Part shown: in pieces, positions 48,418 to 57,344 of the stretch
How the letters are laid out: every line of letters begins with the position of its first letter
Position numbering within the stretch: position 1 is the first letter of the stretch
Origin: a plasmid
Direction: 5' to 3' (one strand)
Sequence record: NZ_CP087960.1
DNA length: 64,000 bases
The notes under the pieces: model-generated
Told to the model about the DNA's origin: nothing
What the model saw: only the letters and a program-made list of their open reading frames with translations
The model's database searches: none
Made by a program: the position numbers and the translations under genes

Positions 48418-49086
48418 CTAAATTAGTTCGCCTTGAACTACAAGACGATTCACTCCGCCATTAGCACATGTATAGACTGTAACTATTGGCTTTTCCTGAT
48501 CTTTAGGCATATAAAAAGCGCTACCCTGAACTGGTTTGCCGTCAACAATTTTGACTGTTGGTGGCACTACCTTCTTGCTGGTAACGCGATATTTATATCG
48601 TTGGCCATTATAGCCGGTTAGAATTATTTGGTCTCCCAAATTAATTCTGTGTAAATCACTTAAAAGAATGCCTGGTTGTTCCATATCATGACCAGCCACG
48701 CAAAAGTTGCCTTTACCAAATTCACTATCGAGATAGTATGACTTACCAACTCCTAATGCTAACGTATAGTTATTGGCACGATTATAGATCGGAAGGCGAA
48801 TACCAATTGAAGGAATAATCAGATATCCGTTAGGATACTTATCAACCCCGAGTTGCAATGCCTTCTTTTTATTTCTAATCAACTCATTTTTAGTAGAAGG
48901 CTTAATATCTTTTTCTTCTTTTAAGGCCGCTCTATTTGTTTTCATCGTTACGGCGCTATTCACTTTATGATCTAAAATCTGGTCATTTTGATAAGTTTGA
49001 TGCCAACAAAAAGCCGCAATCAGTAATACAAGAAATGTACCGATTGCGACTAATTTTCCAGATTTAGTTTTAAAAAAAGCTTTCAT
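48418..49086 (-). CDS. sortase (class A/C, 222 aa)
   Basis: N-terminal TM. 'CVAGHDM' His, 'TVYTCANGG' catalytic Cys, Arg present. Confidence 0.75.
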   Translation of the reverse strand: MKAFFKTKSGKLVAIGTFLVLLIAAFCWHQTYQNDQILDHKVNSAVTMKTNRAALKEEKDIKPSTKNELIRNKKKALQLGVDKYPNGYLIIPSIGIRLPIYNRANNYTLALGVGKSYYLDSEFGKGNFCVAGHDMEQPGILLSDLHRINLGDQIILTGYNGQRYKYRVTSKKVVPPTVKIVDGKPVQGSAFYMPKDQEKPIVTVYTCANGGVNRLVVQGELI

Positions 49087-49097
49087 GCTAATTTACT

Positions 49098-50918
49098 TTA
49101 TCTTTCTTTATTCTTCTTAGATTCATACAATGCGTAACCACCTACAGCACAAGTAATAGTGATTGCGGCAGTTGCTTCGATTAACAAGTAATCACTACCA
49201 GTCGTTGGAATTGGCTGAGTATTATCTGTCATCTCACCTGTAACAACATCGGGCGCAGTTGGCCCAACGTTTGGAAGTTTAACAGGAGTAGTACCTAAGG
49301 CATATCCATTAGGTGATTTAATTTCAACTGCATAGTAATCACGTCTTGTCGAGTCAAGTAAAACATTATCAAATCTTGCATGACCGTCCTTATCAGTAGT
49401 TGCAATATATGGCTGTCGGTCATTGTGACCTGTTACAAGCTCACCATTAACTTGACGTAAAGCTTGTTTTTTTGCATCTTCTACTGATATTTGATTAAAG
49501 GGTTCACCTAAATCTCTAATAAGTACAAATTGAGCACCTTCAATTCCAGCGCCACTAATATTTTTCTTAGTAATTTCAAAAGGTTGATGCTTTTTATCAT
49601 TAACAACCTTTCCTAAATCAACCTGACGTTGAGGATTATCACCAGTTAACTGATCAATGTCTCTTTCATAAGAAGCATTATATTGACCATCGGGTTGTTT
49701 TATCTCTTTCAAATGATACTTCTTACCAAGTGGTAAGTTATCGAAAGTTACACGACCATTATTGTCAGCTGTTTTTCTTTCCATGAAGCCATCAGAAGTT
49801 AATACAAATTCAGTACCTGGCAAGATTTTAGTGTTATTATTGCCTGAGCCTCTTTTGACAAAAGTCAAACTACCAAATGATGGCTTAACATGAACGGTCA
49901 TATCAGATGAGCCTTTCATATCTACAGTTGTTGCTTTAATGCCTAATTTAGCAACATTCTGAATGCCCGGATCTTTAACTCCATAAATCCATGCTACTTT
50001 TGCCTTTTTATTCCAGTGACCGGTAGCTTTTACTTTAAATGAAAAATCGGAAGTATTTGTCATGTCATTATATGGTACAGATACTTTTAAATTGTCATCT
50101 GCATTGACATTATTGAAGTCGACCTTGCTACCATTTTTTCTAGTTCCAGATAAATACTTCTCGTTTTTTGAATCAACTGCATGAACTTGAACATCATGCA
50201 TGTTACTAGATGGGACTTTAAAATTCTTTTCGTATTTATTGCCGTGGAAATCACCACTACCAATATTTAATGTCGTTGGATCAAAGCCTAATTTGGCAGG
50301 GTTTAAAACAATTTCTGATTGACTAGCATTACTATGTTTTTTTGCCTCTGCAACTAAACGATTAACTTTATCCCTAATTTGCGGTGCAAAATGAGCTACA
50401 CTATCACCAGTTATTTTACCATCATATGGTGATCTGTCATTTGGACAAGCAACTAAGTGGACGGCAGTTTGATATAACCAATAATCTGCTAAATCATAAT
50501 CAGCACCGGCACCATCAATACTCTCAAATGATTTATCATGGCCCTTACTAAAATCAGTGATTAGCCATTGAACTGCGGGATTAGCTTGATATTGCTTAAC
50601 AAGCTGTTTATTACTTGGAGAATCTTTATTGAAGTTAATACAAAAGATATAAGAATCACGACCACTTTTACCTTTTTCCTTAATAATGTTGATTCTGTGA
50701 TAACCATTACCAGCTACCCACTGGCCATCATATTGAGCATGTAATTTTCCATCTGAAGCGGAAACCCAAGTCTTCTGGGCATTATTAGTTGTAATCGTCT
50801 GAGGACCATTATCATCTGCAAATGCCACATAAGTGTTTCCCATTGATGAGGCAAGTCCACAAAGAGTTAGTCCTGTTGCAAAAAGCAAGACAAGTCTTTT
50901 CTTTTTTCTAACTCTCAT
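49098..50918 (-). CDS. LPxTG-anchored adhesin / minor (tip) pilin with Cna-B-type domains (606 aa)
   Basis: Signal peptide. Two E-box motifs 'YHLKEIKQPDGY' and 'YYAVEIKSPNGY'. Sorting signal 'IPTTG' + hydrophobic stretch + 'KKNKER'. Confidence 0.7.
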   Translation of the reverse strand: MRVRKKKRLVLLFATGLTLCGLASSMGNTYVAFADDNGPQTITTNNAQKTWVSASDGKLHAQYDGQWVAGNGYHRINIIKEKGKSGRDSYIFCINFNKDSPSNKQLVKQYQANPAVQWLITDFSKGHDKSFESIDGAGADYDLADYWLYQTAVHLVACPNDRSPYDGKITGDSVAHFAPQIRDKVNRLVAEAKKHSNASQSEIVLNPAKLGFDPTTLNIGSGDFHGNKYEKNFKVPSSNMHDVQVHAVDSKNEKYLSGTRKNGSKVDFNNVNADDNLKVSVPYNDMTNTSDFSFKVKATGHWNKKAKVAWIYGVKDPGIQNVAKLGIKATTVDMKGSSDMTVHVKPSFGSLTFVKRGSGNNNTKILPGTEFVLTSDGFMERKTADNNGRVTFDNLPLGKKYHLKEIKQPDGQYNASYERDIDQLTGDNPQRQVDLGKVVNDKKHQPFEITKKNISGAGIEGAQFVLIRDLGEPFNQISVEDAKKQALRQVNGELVTGHNDRQPYIATTDKDGHARFDNVLLDSTRRDYYAVEIKSPNGYALGTTPVKLPNVGPTAPDVVTGEMTDNTQPIPTTGSDYLLIEATAAITITCAVGGYALYESKKNKER

Positions 50919-51024
50919 ATAAAATCCTTTCTTAAAACAAAAAAACGCCCAGCTCTAAAACTTGTATTTTATACATTGTTTTAAAACTAGGCGTTTTAAA
51001 TACTATTTAATTTTTAACCAAATA

Positions 51025-53502
51025 TTAACGTAGGTCTTTCTTCTTTGAAGTAGCAAGACCTAACAAGCTACCAACGCTTGCAAGTGCTAAACCAATTAAT
51101 CCAGCAAGGTTAGTGTCACGACTGCCGGTAGTTGGTAATACACTACTTGCTTTCACTGTGTGATCCTTTGCATGCTTTGAAGCATAAGATGAAAATGCGT
51201 TTGAATTTAAAGTAGTACTTTCTTTAGCTTCTACCTTAGCAATTGCATGTGCAACTACTCTACTTTCAACCTTAGATGATACTACACCAACAAATTCACC
51301 TTTAGCATTATAAACTTTGTTTTCCTTTACAGTGTAATCAGATGGCATGACTTGACCTTTTGAGTCAATTAACTTATCATTGCCAGCCTTGTAAAAGTTA
51401 GTATGTTCTGCTTTTTCTTCTGCTACCTTTTTAGCTTCTTCTTGAGCTTTCTTAACTGCTTCTTTAGCTGCTTCTTCTTTCTCAATTTTAGCTAATACAA
51501 ACTTAGCAGTAGTTAAAGCAGTTTCTTTTTCTGCTAATGTAGCCTTTACTTCAACAAGTTTAGCAGTTAAATCATCAGCAGATTTCTTAGCTTGGTCAAG
51601 TTCAGCAGTTGCATCAGTCAATGCTTGAGCAGTTTCAGCTACATTTTCCTCAGCATTTTGAAGAGCTGATAAATTGCTCTTTAAGCTGTTTAACTTATCT
51701 TGAGCTTGTTTAGCATCAGCCTTAGCTTGACTTAATTTTGCAAAGGCTTGATCGTAATCAGCTTTTACTTTATCAAACTCTTTTTGCATGTTAGCAGCAT
51801 CGGATTTTGCACCGTCTAAGTCTTTCTTAGTTGCCTCGTAAAAATCGCTAGCCTTCCATAAATCGAAATCCTTATCTGATTTAGACTCAGTCAATTTATT
51901 TAATTTTTCTTGAGCTGACTTTAAGGAAGATTGTAGGTTGGCGAGATCGTTATTAAGCTTAGTTACATTCGCATTAGCTACTTCATAAGCATTCTTTGCA
52001 GATGATTGTTTTTGCCGTGCTTGTGCAAGTTTAGTTGCAACAACATTGTATGCTTTTTCAGCATTGTTTACAGTGTTAGTAGCTTCACCGTATGAAGTTT
52101 GCTTAACTGCTAATTCGTGTTTAGCATCTTTTAAACTTGCCTTTAATCCGTCATAGTTAGGAATTTCAAACTTTTGCTCCTTAGGATCAACTGCCCACTT
52201 AGTATAAGAATCAAATTGAATGAATCCCTTATCTTTTCTAAAGGAAACGCCAAAATATTCTGGATTAGGGTTACCAGGTGTATTTGCTAGCATAGAGGTT
52301 TCATCACCTGTTAACTGAAAGGCGTGACCCCAATTTGCATCGGCATCTCCAAAAATCATACTTAACATATGATAGTAAACTCCACGTTTAACATCATTCA
52401 TATTTTCAGCATACCATGGAGTACCAATTGATTCACTTGACATACTTAAGTCTGGAATCAATTTATCTGCAGCGTCAATTGCATTAGTATCATGATCAAA
52501 AGTAGGTACAGTAGAATGAGTTGCAATATAGTTGGTATGAGCAAGTGAAGCAGGAGTTACAACCAAATTTGGTTTTAGTCCAACTTGTTGACGCACATCA
52601 TTTAAAATACCAGCTACCCAAAGAGTTAATTCCTTTTGTTGAGCATCGGTTAATTGAGTAACTCCATCTTTATTATGCGCAACTGCTTCCTTTTTAGCCT
52701 CTTGATCATCTTTATACGAATTTGCATTGTATGCCGCGTCAACAACTGCAGTATTGACGCGATCGGGCATACCATACTTGTTGTATAAGAAGTAATTCTT
52801 AGGCATAGTTATTACATTAATAGAATCAACTTTTGTTTGTAAACCATTAACTGTACTTTGTGCAGCATCAAGTTCAGCTTTTGCTGAATCAGCTTGTTGA
52901 CGAGCTTGGGATAAAGAAGATTGTTTATCGTTAACTTCGTTAGTAGCTTCAGAAACTGCATTATTAGCATTATTAACTTGTTCTGCTAATTGATCTTTTT
53001 GAGCATTAGCATTTTGAACAGCCTTTTGTGCTTCTGCAACTTTATTTTGATCATTATTAACTTCTTGTTGTGCTTGGTTAACTTGATCTTGAGTTGCATT
53101 CAAGTTAGCTTTAGCATCATCAATTGCTTTTTGATTTTGAGCTAGTTTATTTGAGTATTCATTTACCCAATAGTTAGCCCCATCAACATCTTTTTGAGCG
53201 TCAGCAAGATTTGATGATTGCTTGTTAGCTTCCTTTTGTGCAGCTTCTTGAGCTTTAGCTTTGTTAGCAACTTCTTGTTCTTGTTGAACAATATTAGCTT
53301 TTACTTCATTAATATGTTCTGGAGTAGCTTCCTTTTGTATTTCCTTAGCAGAATTATTAGCCTTAGTAGCTTCTTCTACTTGCTTTTGAGTGGAAGTTAC
53401 ACTGTCAGCATGTACAGTACTTGGCTTGTTTACTGCAAGGAGCATAGCTCCTGATACTAATGTAGCTGTAGCTAATTTTTTAACAATCTTCTTTTCTTCC
53501 AT
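51025..53502 (-). CDS. LPxTG-anchored coiled-coil surface protein, PrgA/Sec10 surface-exclusion-like (825 aa)
   Basis: Signal peptide. Long A/Q/K/E/N coiled-coil halves flanking a central globular domain. C-terminal 'LPTTG' + hydrophobic stretch + 'KKKDLR'. First gene of the minus-strand block. Confidence 0.6.
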   Translation of the reverse strand: MEEKKIVKKLATATLVSGAMLLAVNKPSTVHADSVTSTQKQVEEATKANNSAKEIQKEATPEHINEVKANIVQQEQEVANKAKAQEAAQKEANKQSSNLADAQKDVDGANYWVNEYSNKLAQNQKAIDDAKANLNATQDQVNQAQQEVNNDQNKVAEAQKAVQNANAQKDQLAEQVNNANNAVSEATNEVNDKQSSLSQARQQADSAKAELDAAQSTVNGLQTKVDSINVITMPKNYFLYNKYGMPDRVNTAVVDAAYNANSYKDDQEAKKEAVAHNKDGVTQLTDAQQKELTLWVAGILNDVRQQVGLKPNLVVTPASLAHTNYIATHSTVPTFDHDTNAIDAADKLIPDLSMSSESIGTPWYAENMNDVKRGVYYHMLSMIFGDADANWGHAFQLTGDETSMLANTPGNPNPEYFGVSFRKDKGFIQFDSYTKWAVDPKEQKFEIPNYDGLKASLKDAKHELAVKQTSYGEATNTVNNAEKAYNVVATKLAQARQKQSSAKNAYEVANANVTKLNNDLANLQSSLKSAQEKLNKLTESKSDKDFDLWKASDFYEATKKDLDGAKSDAANMQKEFDKVKADYDQAFAKLSQAKADAKQAQDKLNSLKSNLSALQNAEENVAETAQALTDATAELDQAKKSADDLTAKLVEVKATLAEKETALTTAKFVLAKIEKEEAAKEAVKKAQEEAKKVAEEKAEHTNFYKAGNDKLIDSKGQVMPSDYTVKENKVYNAKGEFVGVVSSKVESRVVAHAIAKVEAKESTTLNSNAFSSYASKHAKDHTVKASSVLPTTGSRDTNLAGLIGLALASVGSLLGLATSKKKDLR

Positions 53503-53767
53503 TTTTACGACCTCTTAAATTCCTATACTTTTAAAGTTTTGTTATTCTTTATGACTCAATATTAACATCAATGCTGCTACGTCGCGGCCCCCTACGTTAA
53601 CTTTTTTTATTTTTTATCAAATCATTTTAAAAACCACCTTACTATTAACAAATATAGGAACAGTTAGGTGTAGAGAAAAGCGTATTACTTAGATTTGTGC
53701 ATCAAAAATACAGCAATTCTTTACAACTTTAACTGTCCTAGAACTACTAAATTTGCACACAAAGCTA

Positions 53768-54016
53768 CTATCGAATGTAATAAACTCGATCTACTTCACC
53801 AAACTTATTTCTTTCATAGGTTAAACCTAGTTTCGGAAAAAAACGAGCTTGGCTAATAAGGGCTAACCGTTCATCTTTGGTTAGCTCCGGATTTTTACGA
53901 GGTTTTCGGATATGAAGAGCGTGCCTTCGTCGAGCGTACTCTCCGAGAGACATTCTCTTCACATTACCATTCCTCAGTGCTTTATAAAATTCTTGACATG
54001 CGTTTTGATATAACAT
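53768..54016 (-). CDS. hypothetical protein (82 aa), possibly a gene remnant
   Basis: ORF only. Confidence 0.2.
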   Translation of the reverse strand: MLYQNACQEFYKALRNGNVKRMSLGEYARRRHALHIRKPRKNPELTKDERLALISQARFFPKLGLTYERNKFGEVDRVYYIR

Positions 54017-54533
54017 ACATGTTCTCCTTATTTCTCTAATAATTAATTATTTTTTATATTCTTTTTCTTTACAAAGCGTGCGACCATATTTTTATTTTAC
54101 CGACGGTTTTTCGTTTCCGACCGACAACGAGAAGTGTTTTTAGAGTTGACACATAACTCCACCCGACGGGCAAATTACATAGCCTGAGATCACTCAACTG
54201 GCTAGACACAAGACATTGTCGACTCAAATCGATCCAATGCCTAATTTTGCCTAGCAACTACAATCAAAAGATTTCTTATGCCCCGATGATGTCGCTTGCG
54301 AAGCCTAAGAGCAAGAAGGTTTGCTCCTTCACGCAATAGGGTCCACCATCCACCACAATTGGTTAAGGTCTTATGGGTCACCTTACCCGAATCGATGTAT
54401 ACTTACGATCCAGTTATCGCAAGGTGCAATGCTAGCATCTCCGCATTTATGCTGCTCCCACGTTAATATTCAGTTGTCAAAGAACTACGTGGGCTTTCTT
54501 TTTTATAAAGTCGTTAAGCCGTAACCGACAAAT

Positions 54534-54713
54534 GGAGTTACCAGGATTCGAACCTGGATCATCAATTTCTATACTGTTCTCGTATCCACCATGGAAGTGG
54601 ATAAATTTTGATAAGTATTTAGAACAATTAAAAGACGAGTTAATTAAACACGACATTGAAAAAAGTAATTCAGTCTTCTCAATTGATTGTTTAACAATTA
54701 ACTTATAACTCCA
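54534..54713 (-). ncRNA. tRNA-like element A (acceptor halves 54534-54540 / 54707-54713 separated by ~165 nt)
   Basis: Canonical T arm (CCAGG-TTCGAAT-CCTGG). 3' acceptor TAACTCC + A is complementary to 5' GGAGTTA, which is followed by a TA + D-arm-like AGTTAATTGTT. The long intervening segment may alternatively mean two tRNA fragments. Confidence 0.35.
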
Positions 54714-54785
54714 AATTCAGTGAAGACATCACTGAATCAAGTGTATGTAAACTAAATATTTTATTTTGTTGATGTAATCAACAAT

Positions 54786-54909
54786 AGAGCCACCAAGATT
54801 CGAACTTGGATTATCAATCCATTAAAGTAAAGCAATAATCACGTTAGTCAGTTAACCAATAGATTACAGGAAGCTTTCGTAATGATCGTTACCAATTAAC
54901 TTATAGCCC
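54786..54909 (-). ncRNA. tRNA-like element B (124 nt; 5' D-arm block + T arm/acceptor)
   Basis: 5' 'GGGCTATAAGTTAATTGGTAACG' (D loop with GG). 3' T arm CCAAG-TTCGAAT-CTTGG + TGGCTCT. The acceptor halves are only partly complementary. Preceded on the minus strand by TTGTAA-N17-TATATA. Confidence 0.35.
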
Positions 54910-55125
54910 TATATAGGAAAGCTCGCCAGCTTTTACAATTGCTACTACAGATAAAGATGGAAATACTTATTTTCCAAATGTTTTAATACCCAAAAATGAA
55001 AAACATGATCGGGATCATCTCCACATGCGTGGAGAATACACTAAATGTAGCAATTAACCTAATGTAATTTCATAAATTTAAAAGGAGATTTTTTCTTATG
55101 AAATAGCTAGGACTTACCTAGCAAC

Positions 55126-55205
55126 GACCCGTACAAGAATTGAACTTGTATTTCCACTCTTGAAAGGGTAGAAGAGTGGCGTCTTAACCATTAGACTAAC
55201 GAACC
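55126..55205 (-). ncRNA. tRNA-like element E (80 nt) with a 7-bp/12-nt 'anticodon' stem-loop
   Basis: GGTTCGT-TA-GTCT-AATGGTTA-AGAC (canonical D arm). CCACTCT-[TCTACCCTTTCA]-AGAGTGG. T arm ACAAG-TTCAATT-CTTGT. Acceptor pairs via 4 WC + 3 GU. Confidence 0.45.
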
Positions 55206-55376
55206 AAAAAGGGAAGTTGCTTGTATTAAGCTTCACTTTTATAGCTAGCTGGGCTTTAACAATTCTCTGCATTGTGACGGAATGATGTACAGTACACCGT
55301 CTTCCTAAACTAGCAACCTAAAAATAAAAAAATTAATTGGTTTCTAAAAAATGGAGCTGATTTTCCAATCAGCAAT

Positions 55377-55462
55377 AGAGCTACCAGGATTCGAACCTGG
55401 ATCATCATTTTTTGAACTTGCAGGAGTTAAAAATAAACGTTTACCAATTAATTTATAGCTCT
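55377..55462 (-). ncRNA. tRNA-like element C (86 nt)
   Basis: Perfect 7-bp acceptor AGAGCTA/TAGCTCT. D region AATT-AATTGGTA. T arm CCAGG-TTCGAAT-CCTGG. The anticodon position holds a ~9-bp hairpin with a 6-nt loop (TTTTTAACT[CCTGCA]AGTTcAAAAA). Confidence 0.5.
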
Positions 55463-55604
55463 AAAATTAGGAAAGCCTTTTGGCTTTTACAATTATCGCA
55501 TTGCTAGTTTTACCGCTAGCAACAAAAAATAATCAACCTATCGGAATAATAATACTTGGAGTGAAAAACAAAAAATGTTATATGCTGATCTAACAACCAG
55601 CAAT

Positions 55605-55684
55605 AGAGTTGCTAGGATTCGAACCTAGATAGCTAGTACTGAAGGTTAATAAAGAGTAGCTGTTTGCCATTAACGTACAACTCT
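55605..55684 (-). ncRNA. tRNA-like element D (80 nt)
   Basis: Perfect acceptor AGAGTTG/CAACTCT. D region CGTT-AATGGCAA. T arm CTAGG-TTCGAAT-CCTAG. The central region folds as AGCTA...TAGCT with an oversized loop. Confidence 0.5.
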
Positions 55685-55828
55685 AAAATAGGAAAGCTGT
55701 TAAACTTTTACAATTGCTTTGAAATATGAACGTTCTACAGTGAATGAATAGTAAATAGTAAGTAGTATGATCAAAATAATATAAAACATAAGAAAGGATC
55801 TAAAATATAAAAGCAATCAACCTAGTAT

Positions 55829-56254
55829 TTAAGAAATATATAAATCATTTTTATTTTTGACCCACTTAAGTAATTGTTTGCGTGCTTCAGGAGTACTCAT
55901 TTGACCATTGGTATTCTTATACAGATCTTGAAGTTTAATGTAATCATCTTTGACTTCATTAACTTCAGCTAAGCTTTTTCCTAAAGACTTAATATCTCTT
56001 TGAATCTGTCGTCTCTTTCTTTTATCTTGAAAAGAATCAGCCGGAAAATCCTTTTCACTATTTTCAAGATCAGAAATAGCTAAAGTAAGAAATTCAATTT
56101 TACGATTTAAGTTTTTAATTACTCTCGTTGGATTCTTAAAACTGTTCTTTAAAATTAACTCAGCCTTCGCTCGACTTTTTATTTCAAAGAACAAGTAGAC
56201 CGATAGAACAAGCAACAGTATTCCTAGAAAACCAACATTCATGGGTGCTTTCAT
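55829..56254 (-). CDS. membrane-anchored hypothetical protein (141 aa)
   Basis: N-terminal TM helix. Confidence 0.35.
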   Translation of the reverse strand: MKAPMNVGFLGILLLVLSVYLFFEIKSRAKAELILKNSFKNPTRVIKNLNRKIEFLTLAISDLENSEKDFPADSFQDKRKRRQIQRDIKSLGKSLAEVNEVKDDYIKLQDLYKNTNGQMSTPEARKQLLKWVKNKNDLYIS

Positions 56255-56282
56255 TGTTGTTCCCTTTCTATTTAGTTTTTAA

Positions 56283-56428
56283 TATTGTCGATTGGATTCG
56301 AACCAATATCTCATCTTTCATCTTTTTGAGGAATAATGAAAAGCATTTTAATTACTTTCATGAGGCCTGAAACTAATTAAATGAAGAAAAGAAGTTAAGA
56401 TGTGTCCTGCCAGTTAAACTACGACAAT
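56283..56428 (-). ncRNA. tRNA-like element F (146 nt)
   Basis: Perfect acceptor ATTGTCG/CGACAAT. T arm ATTGG-TTCGAAT-CCAAT. 5' TA-GTTTAACTGGCA D-like block. ~95-nt internal insertion. Confidence 0.4.
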
Positions 56429-56443
56429 CTGATAAAGAGTTAT

Positions 56444-56680
56444 TCATTTAAACTCTCTGATTAGCGTATATGACACAATTATGATCTCAATCCAGAAAGC
56501 CCCTAAAGCAATCCAGCATAATTTAATCCAGATTCTATCTAGTTTTTGTGCTAATTTTTGCCATTTTGAGGACTCCCTACTTTTAAAATAAATTGTACTT
56601 ACAGTAATTATTAGGATTAGAAGAATGAATTCTATTATCCAAATATTTTTGAAAAAATAGTTCATTCTTGAAGTCTCCAA
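56444..56680 (-). CDS. small membrane protein (78 aa)
   Basis: Two TM helices. Confidence 0.3.
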   Translation of the reverse strand: METSRMNYFFKNIWIIEFILLILIITVSTIYFKSRESSKWQKLAQKLDRIWIKLCWIALGAFWIEIIIVSYTLIREFK

Positions 56681-57253
56681 CTTATTTGTTTCAAGGGACG
56701 TAATTTGGCTTTAGGAGACCATTTCCTACTGCACACAATACGCTGACTTCCCTTGGAGTTTGGGGCCATTCCCCGCCAAATTTGGCGATAAATGTATTTA
56801 ACATTTTGCTGATTTCCTGTAACTTTTTCCTGAAAGTTGCCATCCTGCAAATTGATCCAAATGGAGCGATCAAAGAGTTGAACTGTTGATACTCGGTTGC
56901 AAACATCAATTTCGTTGAGGCACCTTCCATAGGCTTTCTTCAACTTCTTACCCACTTCATTTACTCCCTTACTTCTATTAAATTAAATTTATTAGCATAG
57001 TATTATATTGCTTTAAAAAAGTGCTCTTAGCCGAGTACATCTATATATTATCACTAATATTGTCCGTGTCAACGTATTTTTTAAAAATGTTTATTTATAT
57101 AGTAAATTTATTTAAATAGTTATACATAAAAATGACGAACTATCGCCCAAAAAGAGTCAAAAAATATGCCATTTAGTGCACTTAAAATGCTGTTTTGAGT
57201 CAAATCATGACACTAAAGTAGACAATTATTTAAATAAATTGTATAATCACAAA

Positions 57254-57344
57254 AGAAAAGGAGCTAGTGACCGCAATTCACTAACTCCAATCGTAACTTA
57301 AGATGACTGTTTGGTTAGCTAATCCTTGTGATTAGCTTTTTTTA
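57254..57344 (+). ncRNA. candidate antisense sRNA (type I antitoxin-like) converging on the 3' end of the small hydrophobic peptide gene
   Basis: Extended -10 'TGTATAAT' at 57240-57247. Intrinsic terminator gctaatc-cttgt-gattagc + T7 at 57317-57343, overlapping the last 9 codons of the minus-strand ORF. Confidence 0.3.

Noticed and set aside
27411-53590. Shared 9-mer 'ctacgtcgc' at both borders of the T4SS block (27418 and 53577) as possible att/border repeats
   Set aside because: A 9-mer is expected about 0.5 times by chance in 64 kb on two strands, and there is no extended similarity around either site.
54100-54575. tmRNA (ssrA), with the T arm/acceptor at 54534-54575 as its 3' end
   Set aside because: On the minus strand the GC-rich segment lies downstream of, not upstream of, the acceptor end. 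The matching 5' acceptor strand is only ~180 nt away, and no tag-peptide reading frame or pseudoknot pattern is evident.
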